Position numbers and translations under genes: made by a program. From Bacilli bacterium (GTDB lineage Bacteria; Bacillota_I; Bacilli_A; RFN20; CAG-826), in NCBI GenBank assembly GCA_017445245.1, contig JAFSUM010000023.1:6115-70114 (forward strand): a DNA stretch of 64,000 bases, written 5' to 3'. Positions 18,822-28,871 of this stretch are shown here, in pieces. The stretch's first letter is position 1; the number at the start of each line of letters is the position of its first letter. Below the pieces are notes generated by a model. The model did no database searches. It saw only the letters and a program-made list of their open reading frames with translations, and had not been told where the DNA came from.

Positions 18822-18983
18822 GTCAAATATTATCTTTTCGTACTCCTTCTTTGTAAAGAAAGGGCCGCAGCAATCACTTTCCACGAGAATGGCCGGGGGA
18901 TTCTTTCTTATTTTCCAGGAAGGGTTCATGATAACCTTTGACTGCATTAATGCTATCATAATAGACGCGGCAAGGAGACTGCT

Positions 18984-19259
18984 ATGAGAACCTGGGAAGA
19001 TTTCAAGAACAAAGCCAAGAACGGCAGCGAACTCGTTAAAGCCGATATCGAAGAAGCAGAAACGCTCACAAAACTAATCGGGGCGATTATTCAACGCCGA
19101 AACGAACTCGGCATTTCACAACGAGAGTTGGCCGCATTATGCGGATTGCCCCAATCTTCCGTTGCCCGAATCGAGGCGTGCTGCGTCAAACCCAACGTTG
19201 GAACCATGTTACGAATCATGAAACCGTTGGGCTTAACCCTATCGGTAGTTCCGGCCTAA
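18984..19259 (+). CDS. XRE-family HTH protein (antitoxin-like size)
   Basis: HTH_3 core LGISQRELAALCGLPQSSVARIE. RBS AAGGAG lies 7 nt upstream. Confidence 0.8.
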   Translation: MRTWEDFKNKAKNGSELVKADIEEAETLTKLIGAIIQRRNELGISQRELAALCGLPQSSVARIEACCVKPNVGTMLRIMKPLGLTLSVVPA

Positions 19260-19264
19260 AGGAA

Positions 19265-19297
19265 AGGCGCGTGTTCGTCACACGTGCCTCTTTATTT
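19265..19297. terminator. Hairpin between the convergent HTH gene and glf
   Basis: AGGCGCGTG (19265-19273) pairs with CACGTGCCT (19281-19289) with one mismatch, followed by a T-rich tail. Confidence 0.45.
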
Positions 19298-19300
19298 CGG

Positions 19301-20404
19301 TTACAGGGTTTCCGCTAAATCAAGGGCCGCGAGAATCGCATCGTCCATATCGAGGTAACGATATGTTGCTAGACGACCTGCTAAGATCAGGCGCGGTTCC
19401 TTTTTGGCTAGTTCGGCATATGCTTCGGCCAATTTGGAGTTTTTCTCGTCGTTAATCGTGTAATAGGGAATCTTGCCCTCTTCAAACGAATCGGGATATT
19501 CATACGTGATAATGGTCGATTCGTGGTTTTTGCAGTGGCAATCAAACATCTTATGTTCTGCGATACGGGTGTATGCGGGTTCCCTATCGGTATAGTTGAC
19601 GACTGCGACGGGCTGGAAGGAATCCATTTCGAGTTTTTTGGTCTCGAAGCGAAGCGACCGCCACTCAAGATGACCTAAGCAGAAGCCAAAGTATTCATCA
19701 AGACGACCCGTATAGATGGTCTTCTCCGCCATGGCATCCCATTTCTTTTTATCCTGAAGGTAATCCACGTTCAAACGAACTTCGATACCCTCAAGGAGGT
19801 TTTCAATCCACTGGGAATAACCGCCTTTGGGTTGTCCTTGGTAAGTATCGTTAAAATAATTGTTGTTGTATTCGAAACGGAGCGGCAAGCGCTTGATAAT
19901 GGAGGAAGGAAGTTCGGTCGCCTTCCTACCCCACTGTTTTTCGGTGTAACCCCGGATCAAGGTTTCGTAGATGGTGCGGCCAACTAGAGACAAGGCCTGC
20001 TCTTCAAGGTTCTTGGGTTCTTTGATGCCTTCTTTGGCAACTTCCTCCCCGATAACCTTCTTTGCTTCTTCGGCCGTATTGACGCCGAAGAGCTGATGAA
20101 AGGTATTCATGTTGAAGGGCATGTTGTAATAGTTGCCCTTGTAATAAGCCATCGGGGTATTGATATACGGATCAACCTCGGTATGGGCAGTTAAGAAATC
20201 CCAGGCCCGTTTATCCGAGCAATGGAAGATATGGGGGCCATAGAGATGAACGTGGATACCGTCAATCTCCTTCGTGGCCACGTTGCCACCGACTTGTTCC
20301 CTTTTTTCAAGAACGAGAACTTTCTTCCCTTTCTGTTTTAGACAATAGGCAAGCGTCGCCCCGGTGACGCCGCTGCCGACAATCAGATAATCGTATTCCA
20401 TCAT
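19301..20404 (-). CDS. glf: UDP-galactopyranose mutase
   Basis: FAD motif YDYLIVGSGVTGA. Glf-typical blocks appear throughout (HIFH, YTEKQWG, NYTD) and the length is 367 aa. Confidence 0.92.
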   Translation of the reverse strand: MMEYDYLIVGSGVTGATLAYCLKQKGKKVLVLEKREQVGGNVATKEIDGIHVHLYGPHIFHCSDKRAWDFLTAHTEVDPYINTPMAYYKGNYYNMPFNMNTFHQLFGVNTAEEAKKVIGEEVAKEGIKEPKNLEEQALSLVGRTIYETLIRGYTEKQWGRKATELPSSIIKRLPLRFEYNNNYFNDTYQGQPKGGYSQWIENLLEGIEVRLNVDYLQDKKKWDAMAEKTIYTGRLDEYFGFCLGHLEWRSLRFETKKLEMDSFQPVAVVNYTDREPAYTRIAEHKMFDCHCKNHESTIITYEYPDSFEEGKIPYYTINDEKNSKLAEAYAELAKKEPRLILAGRLATYRYLDMDDAILAALDLAETL

Positions 20405-20424
20405 GATTCCTCCTATTGGATATA

Positions 20425-21288
20425 TTACGAAATTCGAGTTCGGTTACGAAGCCGCTGCTCCAAAAAGCGCGGTAATAAGGTAAGCCAAAGCGGCTTGGTC
20501 TTAAATAGGAACCCGTGTTCGGGATGTTCCTTAAAATTCTTTTTGGTTTCCCTAAAAGCCTCTTTAAGGCTACGTGAACGAATAAATAGAAGCGGGCACA
20601 AGAGCATGTGCTCGCGCTTGTCTAATAAATAACGGATAAAGATGCCCGTAAGGCGTTCAGAGACGAACAGGCGATCATTTTTATATGTCCGCTTTTCATA
20701 AAACTCTTTTAAGACGGGGAAGACGAAATCACCATAGGCAATGAAATCCTCACGCTTGAAGATGAACATGTTGTAGAGATATTCCTCATCCCCTTCTAGG
20801 TAAGTTTTCGCCGCATCGGCATATTCGGGGAAGCGTTCCTCGATGATGCCTAATAGCAAGGGCAAGTCGTCTTTGTTATGCGCCTTCTCGTAATGATGAG
20901 AGACGCTTTTGACGTAATTCGGATATGGGATGCCCCCATCGAATTCTTTCCAGTATCCATCGAGATTTTTCTGCGTTATCCCCGTCCATTCGGGCTTATT
21001 CTTTTTTCGAATAAATAGCGGTTTTGCAAAGTTTTGGAAGCAAAAAAGCCTGCGATAATGGCAAAAACCAATATGGTCTAAGTCCGGGAATTCATCGATA
21101 TGTTTATAGACCCAATAAAGGGCCGTCATCTCGTTATAGACGGGGTTCAGGGCCGAGATGTTCTCGCCTACATCATCGCGAAGGAAACCTTCTCCAAGAT
21201 CTGCCCCACCTACCGCGATCGGCGCGAAAACCTCGCCCTGAGGCACGTCAATGCTTTCATGGGTTATGACAAAGATCTTAGAGGCCAT
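20425..21288 (-). CDS. DUF4422-family putative glycosyltransferase
   Basis: The N-terminal IFVITHESIDVPQGEVFAPIAVG pattern is typical of DUF4422. The gene sits directly downstream of glf. Confidence 0.65.
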   Translation of the reverse strand: MASKIFVITHESIDVPQGEVFAPIAVGGADLGEGFLRDDVGENISALNPVYNEMTALYWVYKHIDEFPDLDHIGFCHYRRLFCFQNFAKPLFIRKKNKPEWTGITQKNLDGYWKEFDGGIPYPNYVKSVSHHYEKAHNKDDLPLLLGIIEERFPEYADAAKTYLEGDEEYLYNMFIFKREDFIAYGDFVFPVLKEFYEKRTYKNDRLFVSERLTGIFIRYLLDKREHMLLCPLLFIRSRSLKEAFRETKKNFKEHPEHGFLFKTKPLWLTLLPRFLEQRLRNRTRIS

Positions 21289-21299
21289 AACAAAGGTCC

Positions 21300-22082
21300 T
21301 TATTTCTTTTTCTTGCCCGCGATGGATTCGCAGTATTCGAGGTATTGGTTACAGACGGTCTCGGTGTCGCCATACGCCATGACCTTGGAGTTTTCGATCC
21401 AGATGGTGTTCTTGCAGAAAGAACGGACCTGAGGAATCGAATGGGATACAAATAGGAGGGACGTGCCTTCATCTTGCATCTGGCGGATGCGTTCCAGACA
21501 CTTCTTTTGGAAGTTCGCATCACCGACGGAAAGGACCTCGTCCACAAGCAATACATCGGGATGGATATCCATCGCGATGGCAAAGCCAAGGCGCGAAATC
21601 ATACCCGAGGAATAATTCTTTAACGGCAGCTTTAAGAAGTCTTCGATCTCCGCGAATTCGACAATCGAGTCAAAGCGCTTCTTCATCTGGGCACGGGAGA
21701 AGCCAAGGATGGCGCCATTCAAATAAATGTTTTCCACCGCGTCCGCTTCCATATCGAAGCCGGCACCGAGGTTAAGCAAAACAACCTTGCCCCTGGTTTT
21801 GACGGTGCCCGCCTTGGGAGCATAGATGCCAGAAACGATTTTAAGTAACGTCGATTTACCCGCGCCGTTATGACCGATGACACCGAGAGACTCGCCACGG
21901 TTAATCTGGAAGCTGACGTCTTCGAGGACTTGGATGCGTCTAGTGCGGTTCCGTTTTCCCTTGAGGAAATTGACCACGCGTTCCTTCAACGTGTCATAAC
22001 GATACTGAGGAACGTCAAAATACATGGACACATGAGAGACATCCACAACGATCGGATTTACTTTCTTCGCGTTCTCGTCCAT
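21300..22082 (-). CDS. Polysaccharide/teichoic-acid export ABC transporter, ATP-binding subunit (TagH-like)
   Basis: Walker A GHNGAGKST, signature YSSGMISRLGF and Walker B LLVDEVLSVGD are present. Confidence 0.85.
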   Translation of the reverse strand: MDENAKKVNPIVVDVSHVSMYFDVPQYRYDTLKERVVNFLKGKRNRTRRIQVLEDVSFQINRGESLGVIGHNGAGKSTLLKIVSGIYAPKAGTVKTRGKVVLLNLGAGFDMEADAVENIYLNGAILGFSRAQMKKRFDSIVEFAEIEDFLKLPLKNYSSGMISRLGFAIAMDIHPDVLLVDEVLSVGDANFQKKCLERIRQMQDEGTSLLFVSHSIPQVRSFCKNTIWIENSKVMAYGDTETVCNQYLEYCESIAGKKKK

Positions 22083-22083
22083 A

Positions 22084-22932
22084 TCAAATCCTAATGATGA
22101 TCTTCCTCTTTAATGCCATGAAGAAGGCGATACCAAGAATAAGTCCGCCGACGCCACAGAGATAGCAGATACCAAGCGTCGTCCAAGAAGGCAACGTCGG
22201 AGCCAGAAGACCTTCTGCATTTTTGGCAGTCGCTCCCATATAAACGCATTCGCGGAAATAAGTTACGAAATGGTACATGGGATTGCAGTTAATGACGGTG
22301 CGCCCAAAGTCATCGAGGTTGAGGTTTTCGACCTTGTAGAAAATCGGGGTGAGGTACATCCATAGAGTAAGAATGACCGCGTAAATATGCCGTAAATCGC
22401 GGAAGAAAACATAGAGGGCCGAAAGGAATAATCCCATGCCCAGTTCAAATAGCCAAAAGGCCGGTAAAACCAGCAAAACGAACGCCAATTGGTAAGAGAA
22501 GAGGTTCACGCCCTGAGTCACCGAGAGGTAAATCATGAAGGGCAACAAGGCCAAAAGGGAGTAGGCAAAATTAATCATGCCCGTGACCGTTTTGGCCGCA
22601 GGAAAGATATAGGGAGAGATCTTGGTGCGAAGCAACAAACCGCGGTTACCGACGATGGAACGAAGCGATTGATCCGTCGAGGCGCGGAAGGCTGCGAAAA
22701 GGATATTGCCGCAGAGAAGATAGAGCACATAGTAGGGATCCGATTTGCCAAACAAATTACGGAAAATGATCCATAGCACCAGCATGTTTAAAAGCGGGTG
22801 CAGAATCGTCCATAAAAACCCGAGAACGGAACCCCGGTACTGGGTTTTCACGTCCTTGCGAGCGATCTCGTAAATGGCGTTTCTATCGCGGTAAACTGCT
22901 GAAATGACGGGGATGCGTTTCATGAAGCGCAC
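22084..22932 (-). CDS. ABC-2 type polysaccharide/teichoic-acid export permease (TagG-like)
   Basis: Six TM helices and the KDVKTQYRGSVLGFLWTILHPLL motif. It abuts the ATPase gene with a 1-nt gap. Confidence 0.85.
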   Translation of the reverse strand: MRFMKRIPVISAVYRDRNAIYEIARKDVKTQYRGSVLGFLWTILHPLLNMLVLWIIFRNLFGKSDPYYVLYLLCGNILFAAFRASTDQSLRSIVGNRGLLLRTKISPYIFPAAKTVTGMINFAYSLLALLPFMIYLSVTQGVNLFSYQLAFVLLVLPAFWLFELGMGLFLSALYVFFRDLRHIYAVILTLWMYLTPIFYKVENLNLDDFGRTVINCNPMYHFVTYFRECVYMGATAKNAEGLLAPTLPSWTTLGICYLCGVGGLILGIAFFMALKRKIIIRI

Positions 22933-23075
22933 CCATTATAGACGTAACGGGGAGGAATGTAAAAACTCCCACGCACGACATGAGCCTACGCGCCTAACCA
23001 TAATGCGCACTTTGCGCGACCCGTGTCATGACGCTATAATCAACATACTCTCCACGTTGAGGAGGGAGGTGTTTT

Positions 23076-26000
23076 ATGCGCTTACAAACCATCTTGTTCC
23101 CCAAAGAAGGGATCTGCTCCAAAAAAGAACTCTACTTCCGTTGCAACGGCAAGACCGCGTTCTTCGATCCCAAAAAGAGAAGAATCCTCTTCAAACAGTC
23201 GGGCGAATGCCGCTTCGACACCTATTACGGAATGATTTCCGCGAACAAGTGGGAAAATTATTGCTTCATCTCCAATTTGACCCTCAATCTCACCCTCGAA
23301 GGTGATTTCGCGTTGACCGTCTACCGCAAGATCTTTACCGGCAAATCGAAGAAAGACAAAAACCTCGATAAGCTCATCGTGACCCAGAAGGTCTCTTACC
23401 ACCTCATCCAAAACCCGACCCGTAAGACGGTTAAGATCCCCCTGCCCGCCAAATGCAAGGGTTCCTATTGGTTCAAACTCGAATGCTTCTCCGCAGAAGG
23501 CGTCATGTATGGTGGTTTCTATTCCTGCGATAAGCCAAAAGAGATCAACGACGTCCAGATGGCTGGCGTGGTTTGCACGTTCCGCCGCGAGGAATACGTG
23601 GCCCGTAACATGAAGATGCTCCGCAAGGACATCCTCGAGAACAAAAAATCACAAGCCTATGGCCATATCAAGGTCTTCATCTCGGATAACTCGGTCTCTT
23701 TGCCCGAGGAAGTCGCAGGGCCCGATATCTTCGTCTATCCAAACCTCAACGCCGGCGGAGCGGGCGGCTTTACCCGCGGCCTCATCGAGGTCATGAACTA
23801 TAAGAAAGAGCATTACGTCAGCCACATCGTCATGATGGACGACGACATCCTCTTCGATACCGAAATCTTCGAACGCGTCTATGCGATGCTCGCTTTGCTA
23901 AGACCCGCCCACAAAAACGCCTTCATTTCCGGCGCCATGTTCCGCATGGACAACATGCACATCCAGCAGGAAATGGCCGACCGCTGGGAATGGAAGGCTG
24001 GCAAGAACACGCCCATCATGTTCCGCAAAGACATGACGGTCGCGAACAACTTGATCATCAACGACCTCCCCGACCCCATCAACTATTCCTCGTGGTGGTT
24101 CTGTGTCATGCCAGGCGATATCCCAACCGAATATAACTTGCCGTTGCCCATCTTCATCAAGCGTGATGACATCGAATATGGTCTCCGTAACGGGCACGAA
24201 TTCATCACCCTAAACGGCATCAACGTCTGGCACGAACCCTTCGAGCAGAAGCGCCCCGCATATCTAGAGTATTACTACATCCGTAACCAGCTGATCATGG
24301 AGGCCATGTATCAGAACTATTCCGCCAAACGCCTTAAAGACAAGCTGAAAGCGGCCCTCTATAAAGACATCTTCACCTTCCGTTACATCGAAGCTAATCT
24401 GCGCGCGAAAGGTGTTGAAGATTACCTTAAGGGCATCGATTGGCTAAAGGAACAAAACCCGGTCGAGATCAACGATATGGCCCGTGCGATGGACCGCAAG
24501 AGCGCGCCTCTTGTGGACCTCAAATACAAATTCAACGCGAAGAAGTACGCCGCCGCGGCCGCTTACAAAGAGCCGAAGCAGATGTCCTTCAAGCGCAAGA
24601 TCACCTTCAATGGCTGGCTACTACGCCCCAATAAGCACTGTGGCGTCTCTACCGCGGCTTTCCCCAAGCCTGGCAACTTCTACCGCCGCCGCGTCATGAT
24701 CAACATCGAACCCGTCTCGCAGACCGGCTTCTATACCTTCCGTACCTGGCGCAAAGCCCTGAAGCTCATCTGGCGTTATCATAAGCTTAACAAAGAAATT
24801 GACCGCACGTTTGCGGCCGTAAACAAGGAATACAAGAATCGTTACCACGAGCTAATCCGCCTCGATTATTGGAAGGATTACCTAAATCTCGACTCTAACG
24901 GCGTCTTCCATCCTGAGAACGAATACGTACCCGCGAAGAGCTTCCCAAACGAAGCCCCCGCCTCCTCGACGAGCCTATTCAAGAAGGCCAAACTTCAGCT
25001 TAACGTCGATTACTATTACGACGCCCGCTTAAAGGAACCAATCGACGAAAAAGCCGTCTATATCGAATCGCGTAAATGCACCGATTTGGCCTCCAACATG
25101 CTTCACATCCTCATCGAGATGCGTAAGCCCGAATACGCAGACTTCAAGGTCTATGTTGGCTACGAACCTTCCGCCAAGGCCGCAATCGTCTCGAAGATCG
25201 AGCAATATAACATCAAAAACACCATCCTCGTCCTTAAGGATAGCCATGACTACTATAAGGCCCTCGCCACTGCGAAGTATTTCTATACCGACTTCCATTT
25301 GTCCCACCGCTTCGCCAAGCGCGAAGGCCAAATCGTCGTTTCGACATGGCATGGCACCCCGTTAAAGACTCTTGGCAAAGACTGCAAGACCGAGACCCAA
25401 GCCTCCGTCCAACGCATTTGCCTCCTTTCCGACTATCAGGTGTATCCTGGCGAATTCATGCTAGAGAAGATGGTCGATGTCTATTGGCAACGGAACATCT
25501 CCAAGGGCAAGATGCTTTGCACCGGTTACCCGCGTAACGAGGCCTTCTTCGATGACGTCCGCCGTAACGAAATCCGCAAGGAACTCGGCATCGAGAATAA
25601 GCAGGTCATCATGTATATGCCCACGTTCCGCGGCATCGCCGGCGATAACCATAACGCCTCGCAAAACGAAGACCTCCTCTCCTATTTCCGTATCATCGAC
25701 AAGGAACTCCGCGACGACCAGCTCTTCTATTTGAAGTTACATAACTACAACTCCGCAGCCATCGATTGTTCCGAATTCAAACACATCCAGAAAGCCCCCG
25801 TGCAATATGACGTCTACGAGCTCATGAACGCCTGCGACATGCTCATCACGGACTATTCGAGCTGCTTCTTTGACTATGCATGCTGCCGCAGGAAGATCAT
25901 CCTCTTCCAATACGATTACGAAGAGTATCTACGCGAACGCGGCGTCTGCATCGATAACGACGCCCTTCCCTTCCCGAAAATTTTCAAAGCCGAAGACCTC

Positions 26001-26768
26001 GTCGCCGAAATCAACCGTCCGAAGGATTATGACGATACCGCCTTCCTCGCCAAATACGCGACGTACGACAATGGCCGTGCAAGCGAGCTATTGCTTCGTT
26101 ATGTCATGCTAGGTGACAAGGACTGCGTCGATCCTAGCCTCATCAAGGACATCCCCGATAACGGCAAGCCCAACATCCTCATCTATAACGGCCCCCTCAA
26201 TACCCCGCATCACGATTCCCTCTTCTGGCACCGCATGCAACGCCTCGATTACGAGAAAGCCAACTACTTCCTCGTCTATTACGAGCCCATCATGTGGAAA
26301 CACGCCGACCGCCTCTATGAGGCCCCCGATGCCCTTAATATGCTTGGCATCTGGTCCTACACGGCCTATACGACCAAGGAAATGCGGGCTAGGGACAAAT
26401 TCTTCGGCAAGGAACATGACCGCAGCGAAGAGACCATCTCGATCCTAAAGAACCTCTATCAGAGAGAATTGCTTAAGCTCTTTGGCAATAACATTCGCAT
26501 TGACGGTGTCGTCTTGGCGTGGCCCCACGAAGACCGCGTGGACGCGATGTTTGCCTGCGCCCCTGGCAAGAAGATCATCCTCTTCCCCGGTGGCAAACCC
26601 GGCAATAACCCCAACATCAATTACATGATCAAACAGGGCGATTTCAAAGTCGTCACGGAAGGTGCGATGGTCGGTTATCTCAATAATGCCGACTGGGGTA
26701 CCGCACCTAAAGTTGAAGAATCTACCGAAGAAACCATTCGAGAATCCACCGAAGAACAAGGAGAATAA
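23076..26768 (+). CDS. Bifunctional wall-polymer synthase: GlfT2-like galactofuranosyltransferase fused to a TagF-like CDP-glycerol glycerophosphotransferase
   Basis: The N-half carries IVMMDDDILF and LPIFIKRDDIEYGLRN (GlfT2-like). The C-half carries CTGYPRNEAFF, MYMPTFRG and MLITDYSSCFFDY (Glyphos_transf). Confidence 0.8.
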   Translation: MRLQTILFPKEGICSKKELYFRCNGKTAFFDPKKRRILFKQSGECRFDTYYGMISANKWENYCFISNLTLNLTLEGDFALTVYRKIFTGKSKKDKNLDKLIVTQKVSYHLIQNPTRKTVKIPLPAKCKGSYWFKLECFSAEGVMYGGFYSCDKPKEINDVQMAGVVCTFRREEYVARNMKMLRKDILENKKSQAYGHIKVFISDNSVSLPEEVAGPDIFVYPNLNAGGAGGFTRGLIEVMNYKKEHYVSHIVMMDDDILFDTEIFERVYAMLALLRPAHKNAFISGAMFRMDNMHIQQEMADRWEWKAGKNTPIMFRKDMTVANNLIINDLPDPINYSSWWFCVMPGDIPTEYNLPLPIFIKRDDIEYGLRNGHEFITLNGINVWHEPFEQKRPAYLEYYYIRNQLIMEAMYQNYSAKRLKDKLKAALYKDIFTFRYIEANLRAKGVEDYLKGIDWLKEQNPVEINDMARAMDRKSAPLVDLKYKFNAKKYAAAAAYKEPKQMSFKRKITFNGWLLRPNKHCGVSTAAFPKPGNFYRRRVMINIEPVSQTGFYTFRTWRKALKLIWRYHKLNKEIDRTFAAVNKEYKNRYHELIRLDYWKDYLNLDSNGVFHPENEYVPAKSFPNEAPASSTSLFKKAKLQLNVDYYYDARLKEPIDEKAVYIESRKCTDLASNMLHILIEMRKPEYADFKVYVGYEPSAKAAIVSKIEQYNIKNTILVLKDSHDYYKALATAKYFYTDFHLSHRFAKREGQIVVSTWHGTPLKTLGKDCKTETQASVQRICLLSDYQVYPGEFMLEKMVDVYWQRNISKGKMLCTGYPRNEAFFDDVRRNEIRKELGIENKQVIMYMPTFRGIAGDNHNASQNEDLLSYFRIIDKELRDDQLFYLKLHNYNSAAIDCSEFKHIQKAPVQYDVYELMNACDMLITDYSSCFFDYACCRRKIILFQYDYEEYLRERGVCIDNDALPFPKIFKAEDLVAEINRPKDYDDTAFLAKYATYDNGRASELLLRYVMLGDKDCVDPSLIKDIPDNGKPNILIYNGPLNTPHHDSLFWHRMQRLDYEKANYFLVYYEPIMWKHADRLYEAPDALNMLGIWSYTAYTTKEMRARDKFFGKEHDRSEETISILKNLYQRELLKLFGNNIRIDGVVLAWPHEDRVDAMFACAPGKKIILFPGGKPGNNPNINYMIKQGDFKVVTEGAMVGYLNNADWGTAPKVEESTEETIRESTEEQGE

Positions 26769-26772
26769 ACCC

Positions 26773-27177
26773 ATGAAAAAAGTCATCACCTACGGCACCT
26801 TCGATTTGCTCCATTACGGGCACATCAACTTGCTCCAACGCGCGAAAGCCCAAGGCGACTATCTCGTCGTCGCCCTTTCCACCGACGAATTCAATTCGCT
26901 TAAGGGCAAGAAATGCTACTTCACCTTCGAGCAGCGTAAAAAGATGCTCGAAGCCTTACGCGCCGTCGACCTCGTCATCCCCGAAACCTGTTGGGAACAA
27001 AAAGTCGCCGACGTAAAAGAATTCCACATCGACACCTTCGTCATGGGCGACGACTGGAAGGGCAAGTTCGACTTCCTTAAGGACTATTGCGAAGTCGTCT
27101 ATCTCCCCCGCACCCCCGAGATTTCCACCACCCAAATCAAGGAAGAACTCAAGAAGAATGGCGCTGCCTCCCATTAA
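26773..27177 (+). CDS. tagD: Glycerol-3-phosphate cytidylyltransferase
   Basis: MKKVITYGTFDLLHYGHINLL (HxGH) and the RTPEISTT motif. ATG at 26773 lies just after the upstream stop. Confidence 0.92.
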   Translation: MKKVITYGTFDLLHYGHINLLQRAKAQGDYLVVALSTDEFNSLKGKKCYFTFEQRKKMLEALRAVDLVIPETCWEQKVADVKEFHIDTFVMGDDWKGKFDFLKDYCEVVYLPRTPEISTTQIKEELKKNGAASH

Positions 27178-27976
27178 GCAGATCCAAGAAAAAGAACTCG
27201 ACATCCTTAAGGACGTCACAGCCTACCTCGATGGGCACGGCTACCATTACGTCATCATGGGCGGAACGCTTTTAGGCGCGGTTCGTCACCAGGGTTTTAT
27301 CCCTTGGGATGACGATATCGATATCGCGCTTCCCCGAAGCGAATACGACCGTTTCTGCCGCGAAGCCAAAGACGTCTATAACGAGGGCCACCTTCGCTTT
27401 TGCCATCATTCGATTGACCCAAATTACCTTTATTATTTCGCCAGGGTTATCGATACGCGTTACACCTTCAAAAACACCTCCGCTACCCTCGAAGCCGAGG
27501 CGCATCCGTGGATCGATATCTTCCCTTTAGACGGCATTCCCGGAGGCCGTAAAGGCAAACGCCACCTCCGCCGTATCCTAAAAAGACGGCTCTTCTTCCA
27601 ATACGCGAGAATGAAGGAACTCGTAAACGTCCACACCAAAGGAAGGCCATGGTACGAGAAGATCGCGATTGCTTTGGGAAAGTTACCTTTTTTGCGCGCT
27701 CTTTTCAAAAAAGAGAGGACTTATGCGAGATTAGACGAGCTTTTGCATCGTTATGATTATGAGTCTTGCCCCCTTGCTATCAACGCGATGGGTGCGGGCA
27801 AACTAAAGGAATGCCAGCCAACGAGTCTCTATTCAAAACGCGCCTTATACCGCTTCGAAGACATCGAAGTCTATGGCGTGGAGGACGCGGATGCCTGGCT
27901 TAGTAAAATGTACGGGGACTATAAAACCCTTCCACCTCTAGACGAAAGGAACAAACACTGCAGTGAGCTCGAATAA
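27158..27976 (+). CDS. licD: LicD-family phosphotransferase
   Basis: LGAVRHQGFIPWDDDIDIALPR (DxD) motif. Confidence 0.85.
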   Translation: MALPPIKQIQEKELDILKDVTAYLDGHGYHYVIMGGTLLGAVRHQGFIPWDDDIDIALPRSEYDRFCREAKDVYNEGHLRFCHHSIDPNYLYYFARVIDTRYTFKNTSATLEAEAHPWIDIFPLDGIPGGRKGKRHLRRILKRRLFFQYARMKELVNVHTKGRPWYEKIAIALGKLPFLRALFKKERTYARLDELLHRYDYESCPLAINAMGAGKLKECQPTSLYSKRALYRFEDIEVYGVEDADAWLSKMYGDYKTLPPLDERNKHCSELE

Positions 27977-28871
27977 GATCCTCGCGATCGTCGTAACCTA
28001 TGACCGCCTCGCTTTGCTCAAGCAGTGTCTTGAAGCACTTTTTGCTATCGAAGAACCGCCCTTTGATATCCTCGTCGTCGATAACGCTTCTAGCGATGGA
28101 ACGAAGGAATACCTTTCTTCGCTACCCAACATCCAAACCCTAACCCTAGAAACGAACCTTGGCGGCGCGGGCGGCTTCCATATGGGTTTCAAATACGCCT
28201 ATGAGCATGGCTATGACTACCTATGGGCCATGGATGATGACACCTTACCCAATAGCGATTCCCTACGAGAACTTTGTAGGGCAGCCCTAGAAGATAACGA
28301 AGAGCATTCCTTTTATGCCTCGCTCGTCTATGCCCCAGATGGCAAGCTCGCCCAGATGAACAATTGTCTCCTCGTAGAAGGCGGCATTTCGACCCAAAAG
28401 AAAGATATCGAATCCAAGGATTCTTATCCCATCCTAACCGCGACCTTCGTTTCTTTCTTTATGAAAGTGTCCTACCTAAAGGAATATGGCCTTCCCATCA
28501 AGGAGATGTTCCTTTGGTCCGACGATACCGAATTCACCTCACGTATGTGCAAGCGCGCGCCTGGGCTATTAATAACTAAGAGTAAGGCCCTTCATCAGGT
28601 GAAAGAAAACGTAGGTACCGATCTACGTTTCATCCCCTTAGAACGGTTGGACCGCATGCGGATGAATATCCGAAACCGTTATTACATCGCTCGTCGCGAC
28701 GGCTTCAAAAAGAAATGCCGCTTCTACGCCCGTCACTTCGTCTTGTTCTGGAAGGTTTTATTCCAAACGAAAGACCACCGCTTCAAGCGGGTTGGAATCA
28801 TCTTTAAAGGAATTAAAGACGGCTATCGGTTTAAGCCGGTAATCGAATATCCAAACGAGGCAATCCGCTAG
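27963..28871 (+). CDS. Glycosyltransferase family 2 (GlfT1/rhamnosyltransferase-like)
   Basis: AIVVTYDR...VVDNASSDGT...WAMDDD motifs. Confidence 0.8.
   Translation: MSSNKILAIVVTYDRLALLKQCLEALFAIEEPPFDILVVDNASSDGTKEYLSSLPNIQTLTLETNLGGAGGFHMGFKYAYEHGYDYLWAMDDDTLPNSDSLRELCRAALEDNEEHSFYASLVYAPDGKLAQMNNCLLVEGGISTQKKDIESKDSYPILTATFVSFFMKVSYLKEYGLPIKEMFLWSDDTEFTSRMCKRAPGLLITKSKALHQVKENVGTDLRFIPLERLDRMRMNIRNRYYIARRDGFKKKCRFYARHFVLFWKVLFQTKDHRFKRVGIIFKGIKDGYRFKPVIEYPNEAIR

Noticed and set aside
18822-18959. 5' extensions offered by the ORF track, here for gpsA. The same applies to 200-307 (mgtE), 26662-26772 (tagD), 30856-30984 (sugar transferase), 39424-39582 (GT4), 33575-33661 (ATPase) and 48018-48152 (retron effector).
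   Set aside because: The conserved family N-termini begin at internal ATGs with better RBS placement. The extensions have atypical composition or run through promoters, repeats or the structured RNA candidate.
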